The translations under genes and the position numbers were made by a program. Below the pieces are notes generated by a model. It was not told the DNA's origin. It was given only the letters and a program-made list of their open reading frames with translations, and made no database searches. A DNA stretch of 64,000 nt from Bdellovibrio sp. Lineage in GTDB: Bacteria > Bdellovibrionota > Bdellovibrionia > Bdellovibrionales > Bdellovibrionaceae. Every line of letters begins with the position of its first letter. Position 1 is the first letter of the stretch. Shown one piece after another: positions 58,716 to 64,000 of this stretch. The stretch is from positions 25,196 through 89,195 of the forward strand of contig JANPPC010000018.1 of NCBI GenBank assembly GCA_031428275.1, given 5' to 3'.

Positions 58716-58883
58716 TCAGCCTTTATAGATTAGCTGCGGTTTTTTAAATGCTAACGTTTCATCAGCGGAAGTTGGAATCTGTATTTCTTTTGCTAATTTA
58801 AGATATGTTTCTTCACAGTGCTGATTTTGATTAGCCACCGCATTCCAGCAAAAAAATAGAAGTAACAAGAATAAAACTCGCAT
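58716..58883 (-). CDS. Small secreted protein or truncated gene
   Basis: MRVLFLLLLFFCWNAVANQNQHC...KG-stop (55 aa); the frame stays open for a further ~55 codons after the TGA. Confidence 0.3.
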   Translation of the reverse strand: MRVLFLLLLFFCWNAVANQNQHCEETYLKLAKEIQIPTSADETLAFKKPQLIYKG

Positions 58884-59127
58884 ATGAAATCTTCTGCTAA
58901 ATGTTTAATTGTAATGAATTTTAGTTTAAATTGCTAGTCGACTAAGGTCTTAAGGAAAGTTGAATTGCCCCCCCAGATCCATTTGGTTTTAGTCAGCAAT
59001 AATCACATTTTTTCTGAAAATTTTTTTACAAAAAATTCGACGAAATTTAACAATTTTGGTAACCATTCAAAATCTATAAGCACGCTACCTATTCCAAGTC
59101 TAAAATATCCTTGGATAGTTCTCAAGT

Positions 59128-60408
59128 TCATTCAACTAGTCGAAATGCGGCGGCCATTTCGTTTTGATTTCGGCGTGAAATTTTTTGTGCTGTTGCCACG
59201 CTCTGCCATTGTTTCACTGCATTTAAAACGTCAGCAACAATGGCGGCGGCTTCAGATTTTTTGACTCGAAAAATCGCGGCAACATCCAAGGCCAGTTGAA
59301 TATCCTGTGAATTATCATTTTCAGAAATATTTAATTTAAGTCCGGTGCCGTCAGGGTTTGGATTCATGTCATAAGCGGGGGATAAAATCCAGCCCTTCTG
59401 CGCTAGCAAAAAACCATGATTGCGTAAATGATCATCCGTATTGGAAACACAAATATTAAAAACAATTCTTCGCCACAACTGTTCAAGATCTTTATCGGGA
59501 TTAGCACCAGATCTCATTAAAAATTCTGCCAGTTCTAAATAACTTGTTCCATCGTATGCATTGGCGCCATCATTTTTATTTAGCATTGTCATGGCGGAGG
59601 CAAAATGGATTCGGCCATAGTGATCATCATGACGAACGCGATCAAAGCGTTTTGATAAAAACGTGTGCTGTGGTCCGCGAAATACGCGAGCGTATGCTTC
59701 GGGAACTTGAATTCCAGCTTTTTTCGCCAACTGATGCACGACCAATTCCCAAGCGCCGGTGTCTTGTTTGTCGTCGTGACTTGGAAATTTTGCGATCCAA
59801 AGCTCATGGTTTTCAGAAAGGACGCTGGCTTTGGGTCTGGCTCCCCCCAGCGAACCGCCGGGTACGATCAGCATGCGCACCCATTTTTCAAAATCAGGAT
59901 CATCCGATGGGTGATTATTTTCAAGCGCCCATGCCGCTGCTTCTAATTCTCGTAGTGATGTTATGGGTGGTGATGACATAGTCTCTGAATCATCTAAAAA
60001 TGGTCCTCCGAGTTTCAAACAAAAACGCAGACCACCAAGCCTATGTTGATCATGCACTCCTAATAAAAAATCGGATTCCATCAGCGTGAATTCTTTTTTT
60101 CCTTCAGCACGCGCTTGTATGGCGGCTCTGCGTTTTTGTAAAATGCGACCCCATCTGTCTGGCGATGAATCTAAAAAAATTCCAAAATTTGATTTTTCAG
60201 AATTATTAAATTGTTCGCCTTTAAATAATTGCAAAGCAGGGTCCAGAATTTGAACATGTTTTGATTCAAGCCAATCTTGATGATATTGAAATGAAAACAT
60301 TTCTTTGCCGCGAACCACTTGGCTGGATAATGTTCCCATCACCATTGGTTTTTGTGGGTGGGCCCAGTCTGCATAAACTTGAATTTCCAAGCGATGATTG
60401 GCTTTCAT
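59128..60408 (-). CDS. hipA: HipA-family kinase toxin
   Basis: N-terminal HipA coupling domain, SLGGARPK, WIAKFP and NTDDHLRNHGF. Confidence 0.9.
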   Translation of the reverse strand: MKANHRLEIQVYADWAHPQKPMVMGTLSSQVVRGKEMFSFQYHQDWLESKHVQILDPALQLFKGEQFNNSEKSNFGIFLDSSPDRWGRILQKRRAAIQARAEGKKEFTLMESDFLLGVHDQHRLGGLRFCLKLGGPFLDDSETMSSPPITSLRELEAAAWALENNHPSDDPDFEKWVRMLIVPGGSLGGARPKASVLSENHELWIAKFPSHDDKQDTGAWELVVHQLAKKAGIQVPEAYARVFRGPQHTFLSKRFDRVRHDDHYGRIHFASAMTMLNKNDGANAYDGTSYLELAEFLMRSGANPDKDLEQLWRRIVFNICVSNTDDHLRNHGFLLAQKGWILSPAYDMNPNPDGTGLKLNISENDNSQDIQLALDVAAIFRVKKSEAAAIVADVLNAVKQWQSVATAQKISRRNQNEMAAAFRLVE

Positions 60409-60704
60409 CGTTTAACCTTTGAAAGACGGGCATCCTGCAATTTGTATCCAAGCTCGTCATCAGCGGCTACCTTTGCAATTTCTTTTTCCAAACCTAACCC
60501 CAGCAAAACGCTGGCGTACGATCCCATCGAAACTCCGGGTTCACCTTTCTCAATAGCTATTAAAGTTTGTCTGGAAATTCCGGCTCGTTCTGCAACCAAA
60601 GACGCGGTCAATTTCCGCCGTCTGCGGGCCAGTCGAATGTTTTCCCCAAGCATGAAAAGATGTTTTTCTAAAGATGGCAGCAGGGGGGCTTTTTTAGTCT
60701 TCAT
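60405..60704 (-). CDS. XRE-family HTH antitoxin (HipB-like)
   Basis: GENIRLARRRR...AERAGISRQTLIAIEKG; ATGA-coupled to hipA. Confidence 0.85.
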   Translation of the reverse strand: MKTKKAPLLPSLEKHLFMLGENIRLARRRRKLTASLVAERAGISRQTLIAIEKGEPGVSMGSYASVLLGLGLEKEIAKVAADDELGYKLQDARLSKVKR

Positions 60705-60753
60705 GTTCATAAATATACACATAAATAGCAAATTTGTACATATTTATGAACAT
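60703..60753. promoter_or_regulatory. Inverted-repeat operator overlapping the antitoxin start
   Basis: atgttcataaatat-N23-atatttatgaacat, perfect 14-bp arms. Confidence 0.65.
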
Positions 60754-60892
60754 AATCTGAATTGTTTATTTTCGAGTCATTTGACATACCGCTCAAATGT
60801 AAAAGCCCCATTTAACTACGATTCCGCTCGGAGATGGCCTTTATTGTTCTACGTCGCGCATCTCACTTAATTCAGTAAACTGGTAAAACCTT

Positions 60893-60940
60893 ACCCTTAC
60901 AAGGTGGATGTCGCAGGTTCGAATCCTGTACTCCCTACCA
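60893..60940 (+). repeat. att-like duplicate of the tRNA-Val 3' end (48 bp)
   Basis: acccttacaaggtggatgtcgcaggttcgaatcctgtactccctacca, identical to the 3' part of both tRNA copies; 5' half absent. Confidence 0.92.
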
Positions 60941-60993
60941 AATACTTGAAATCACAAATAAATTTTAAATAAAATTTTACTCATTTGAGTGAA

Positions 60994-61599
60994 TTATCGC
61001 GATGAAATTTGTTGTAGCAAATGATAATTGCCTACTCCGATTGAATTCTCCATCCAGTAAACATGTTGGGCCAGTATGGGTTTCGTAAGAATAGCAGTTG
61101 GAGTTCCCGTTGCCCGCGCCGTCATTTCGGCATTGCGTAAATGGTCTCGAACTTTCAGTCGGTGCTCAACAATTTCGTTATAATGTTCTGTACTTAATCC
61201 CACTTGATTTAGTAGAAAATCACGCTCAACTTCGACCGCTGAAAACAAATATTTGAAATCATCTTGAGAAGCATAGTCGAGTTCGACAAGTGCATCTTCT
61301 GGCTCGATCCTTTTGCCATTATTCTCAAACTGCAGCTCAACTTTCGGATTACTGACGACTGAAGGTCTTTGATCTATTGGCTTCGAATTGATAATTCTGG
61401 GTTGCATTGAGCTAACAAAGTTCGTCTCAAACTTCTTCGAGCCTACCTTAGGGCTCTTGGGCTGAGATTTTGAAATACTTTTTTGTTCCCGCGATGAGCT
61501 CGCGGTGCCCGCCATACTTCCTTTTTTTAAAATCAAGATCAGCGAGGCAATCACGATGATGACGAGGGCGATATCTACATTTAAATAGTTTTTTAGCAT
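60994..61599 (-). CDS. Membrane-anchored hypothetical protein
   Basis: N-terminal TM, Ser/Lys/Pro linker and helical domain; SD ggggg upstream. Confidence 0.65.
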   Translation of the reverse strand: MLKNYLNVDIALVIIVIASLILILKKGSMAGTASSSREQKSISKSQPKSPKVGSKKFETNFVSSMQPRIINSKPIDQRPSVVSNPKVELQFENNGKRIEPEDALVELDYASQDDFKYLFSAVEVERDFLLNQVGLSTEHYNEIVEHRLKVRDHLRNAEMTARATGTPTAILTKPILAQHVYWMENSIGVGNYHLLQQISSR

Positions 61600-61676
61600 G
61601 CCCCCTCCTTCGTTTCTTTTTTACTTCTTTCGGTTAAAAATTCAATCTCAAGTGCAAGCGCGATCACAACTTTGGC

Positions 61677-62468
61677 TTACGGTGTTCCACCCAAAGCTGA
61701 TGCTATCGCTGAAATCTCGGCCGGCGTTAAGGCCATAATATTTGCACGGCTACTCATAGACCCGACATTTGAAATTGCAGATCTAATTGCAGAAGCTGAT
61801 TTACCGCGTTTATCACTACTTGCAACTGCACCATGGCAACCCGAACAATTTTGCGTGTAGATAGCTTCGCCATTTAATTGTGGCAACGGAGCTACTGCGC
61901 AGGCCGCAAACTGATTTGATCCAGCTAGTACTCCATTGGTACAAAGACGAGCTTGCGAAGTACACATCGTTCCAAAAGGTACCATTGCTGCCTGAAAGGC
62001 GACGACGCTTTGACCACTTACGACTGTCGCGCCATTAAATGAACAATCAGCTGCAGTTGGCGTTGGATCTGGCGTTGGTGCTGGATCTGGTGTTGGTGCT
62101 GGATCTGGCGTTGGCGTTGGATCTGGTGTTGGTGCTGGATCTGGAGTTGGCGTTGGATCTGGTGTCGGTGTCGGTGTCGGCGTCTGACCATTGATACACA
62201 ATGCTAAGTCAGTTTTAATATTGGCTTTTGCAATTTCTAAATTTGCTTTGGCTTGAATGCACTCTTCTGATTGACGTCGCTTTCTTCGACAGGCCTGATC
62301 CATCTCTTTATATAGGACAGATATTTTTTCTTTAGCTGTGCGAAAACATTGTCGTTGGGTACTACTTGACTGTCGATCACCACGATTGCGTCTTTCATCG
62401 TCGTCGCTTTTTGCAATGGCTCCTGATCCAAATGAACATATAATTATCGCCATTAAAATATTTTTCAT
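61677..62468 (-). CDS. Secreted modular c-type cytochrome with Pro/Thr linker
   Basis: Signal peptide, Cys-containing helical domain, PT repeats, Cys-rich module and CSGCH heme motif. Confidence 0.75.
   Translation of the reverse strand: MKNILMAIIICSFGSGAIAKSDDDERRNRGDRQSSSTQRQCFRTAKEKISVLYKEMDQACRRKRRQSEECIQAKANLEIAKANIKTDLALCINGQTPTPTPTPDPTPTPDPAPTPDPTPTPDPAPTPDPAPTPDPTPTAADCSFNGATVVSGQSVVAFQAAMVPFGTMCTSQARLCTNGVLAGSNQFAACAVAPLPQLNGEAIYTQNCSGCHGAVASSDKRGKSASAIRSAISNVGSMSSRANIMALTPAEISAIASALGGTP
62056..62183 (-). repeat. Coding tandem repeat (18-bp units, PDPAPT/PDPTPT)
   Basis: ggatctgg(c/t/a)gttgg(tgct/cgtt) units inside the cytochrome gene. Confidence 0.9.
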
Positions 62469-62753
62469 AAGGCCCCCGCTATAACTTAAATTTATTAACG
62501 TCGGTTATTTTTCTACTCAGATTACATAAAGCAAGTGAAAGGCCAAATGAACTCGATTCTAATCGACATAAAATAGAAGTACTGATTAACGATGTTTCAA
62601 ATTTTAAAATAATACTCGATTATAATGAATGTAATCGCCGACTTAACCGTGAATCCGTCAAAATTATACATAAGTAAAAATCTTAGTCGCGACAAAATGA
62701 GACGAACCTAATCAAGTGCGTTTGCAAAAAGTCTTCAGAACGCAAATTAACAC

Positions 62754-62782
62754 TTGAGTCTTCAGCACTGTCCGTCTATAAA
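62754..62782 (+). promoter_or_regulatory. sigma70-like promoter of tRNA-Val copy 2
   Basis: TTGAGT-N17-TATAAA, 12 nt upstream of the tRNA. Confidence 0.6.
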
Positions 62783-62794
62783 TTTAGCAACTGC

Positions 62795-62870
62795 AGGGAG
62801 TTAGCTCAGTTGGTAGAGCGCCACCCTTACAAGGTGGATGTCGCAGGTTCGAATCCTGTACTCCCTACCA
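62795..62870 (+). tRNA. trnV: tRNA-Val(TAC), copy 2
   Basis: 76-nt sequence identical to copy 1, with different flanks. Confidence 0.95.
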
Positions 62871-63045
62871 TTTTTACTTAAATGGTAGTTTTTGTGGTTC
62901 GCTCGTTTTAATCAAAAAAATTTAAAATTCAAAAGTATACGAAGCTGCAGCTAGCAGATTAATTCCGCCGATAAAATAAAGTCCGTTTTTTAAACTATCA
63001 TTCTTCTGCTGGGTTCCGTTGTAAATATTTAAAGCGGCAATCAGT

Positions 63046-64000
63046 GGTTCTACTCACTCGATGGTGGAAGTGTATCCAAAATCCAAGACATTTTAAATAT
63101 TTAGCAGACGAAGTCTGTAGTTAAAATGGTTGCGAACTCCAAAAGCTGAGTATTGTTCGCCCTTTGCGAGTCGGTTGTAACCTTCAGTTCTTGCATTCGT
63201 CAATCCAGTTTTAAAATAATTTAGTATTTCCACGCGCCACTTGATTAAAGTTTTTCTGAGCTTTTTTATTTCTTCTAACGAAGATAAAGCCATGCGATCG
63301 GTTAGATTTATTAATGCACGCGATGCTTTGTTAAACCCCTTTGTCCGATACAGTTGGTACAACGATTCTTTGAACCAATAAATTTCTTTCATCTTAGGAT
63401 AGTGATTGAGCCATTGATCAAGAGCTGATTTTTCAAAATACTTTAGTCGATGTCGATTACGCTGGAGTAAAACGCGAACGGGGTTTGATCTTTGGTCGCC
63501 AGTGATTTCGGTTCTGGCTCTGATAAGCATTGGGTTTGCTAAGCGTAGCACGTGAAATTTATCTGCCGTTAGCGCCGCGTTTGGAAAAAATTCTCGAACA
63601 AATTTTTTAAATGGATCGCACATATCGATCACGACCTGAGTGACCCGCTCACGTCCTGGAATGTAGTCTAATTGATCTTTTAGATTCTGAACTGTTTTTC
63701 CATTTACAACTTCTGCAATTCGCCCGCGATCGTAATCGACTATTAAGGAAGAAAATTCAGTTTTCCGAACCCTGCCACGGCGCTTTTTCCAAGTGTGCTC
63801 ATCGATCCCTAAGGTTTTCCCCCAGGGGTCATTCATTTTTTCACGTTGCTTCAGTTCAAGTTGTTCGTAGAAGACTTTGTAAATTAAACCTGCTGAGCAG
63901 TCGAAGGCTTTTTGGACGCGTGTTAAATCCTTAAAATTATCGCACGCCCATTTCACACCACGGCGAAAGCGTTCGGTTGTTTTAAAGCCTTTCCGAACGC
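63046..64000 (-). mobile_element. ISL3-family insertion sequence (other end outside window)
   Basis: Transposase ORF plus a terminal GGTTCT-type end at 63046. Confidence 0.8.
63093..64000 (-). CDS. ISL3-family transposase, partial
   Basis: GIDEH, VVIDM, ADKFHV and TNARTEGYN motifs; frame is open to the window edge. Confidence 0.9.
   Translation of the reverse strand, partial: VRKGFKTTERFRRGVKWACDNFKDLTRVQKAFDCSAGLIYKVFYEQLELKQREKMNDPWGKTLGIDEHTWKKRRGRVRKTEFSSLIVDYDRGRIAEVVNGKTVQNLKDQLDYIPGRERVTQVVIDMCDPFKKFVREFFPNAALTADKFHVLRLANPMLIRARTEITGDQRSNPVRVLLQRNRHRLKYFEKSALDQWLNHYPKMKEIYWFKESLYQLYRTKGFNKASRALINLTDRMALSSLEEIKKLRKTLIKWRVEILNYFKTGLTNARTEGYNRLAKGEQYSAFGVRNHFNYRLRLLNI

Larger units (their letters stand above)
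58487..60940. mobile_element. tRNA-integrated islet carrying hipBA (no integrase)
   Basis: Bracketed by the intact tRNA-Val and a 48-bp direct repeat of its 3' end. Confidence 0.7.

Noticed and set aside
58965-60870. Plus-strand ORFs 58965-59264, 59544-59981, 59665-59946 and 60352-60870
   Set aside because: Antisense shadows of hipA/hipB with no recognisable motifs.
62056-62183. Short direct-repeat array as possible CRISPR
   Set aside because: The units are contiguous in-frame codons for a Pro/Thr linker, with no spacers or cas genes.
5393-62703. Recurrent intergenic TGAGAC/GTCTCA hexamer (5393, 7591, 27226, 62698)
   Set aside because: Four hits of a 6-mer are close to chance expectation; a genome-wide enrichment test would be needed.

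Overview
Chromosomal window from a Bdellovibrionota-like predatory bacterium. This is inferred from the recR-mglA coupling with no mglB, an S21-type MglA, a DacB-like DD-peptidase and the general gene set. The core backbone is dnaX-ybaB-recR-mglA-nadA, mscL, ftsEX-envC-ctpA, tig, an ArsA-like pair, gshA, pepA, clpPX and lon. Between clpX/dacB and lon lies a ~26 kb accessory island (27471-53444) made almost entirely of tailoring enzymes. It holds nine HxD...H Fe(II)/2OG (AspH-like) oxygenases and five paralogues of an SGGxDS PP-loop protein, two of which have lost the loop and are each coupled to a GNAT. It also holds four GNAT-type acyltransferases, two intact and one broken acyl desaturases, a sterol-desaturase/hydroxylase, an HTTM-like membrane pair, a threonine-dehydratase-like protein lacking its PLP lysine, an orphan fused E1 alpha/beta, a cytochrome P460-like protein, an arylsulfotransferase-like lipoprotein and an SDR remnant. 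No scaffold synthase, precursor peptide, transporter, regulator or integrase is visible in it. This island is the best candidate for an undescribed system, most plausibly for envelope-lipid or surface-protein modification. The right end is a tRNA-Val(TAC) integration hotspot with two full tRNA copies, a 48-bp att-like 3' duplicate bracketing a hipBA islet, and an ISL3 element. All functional calls come from motifs read by eye; no database searches were run.
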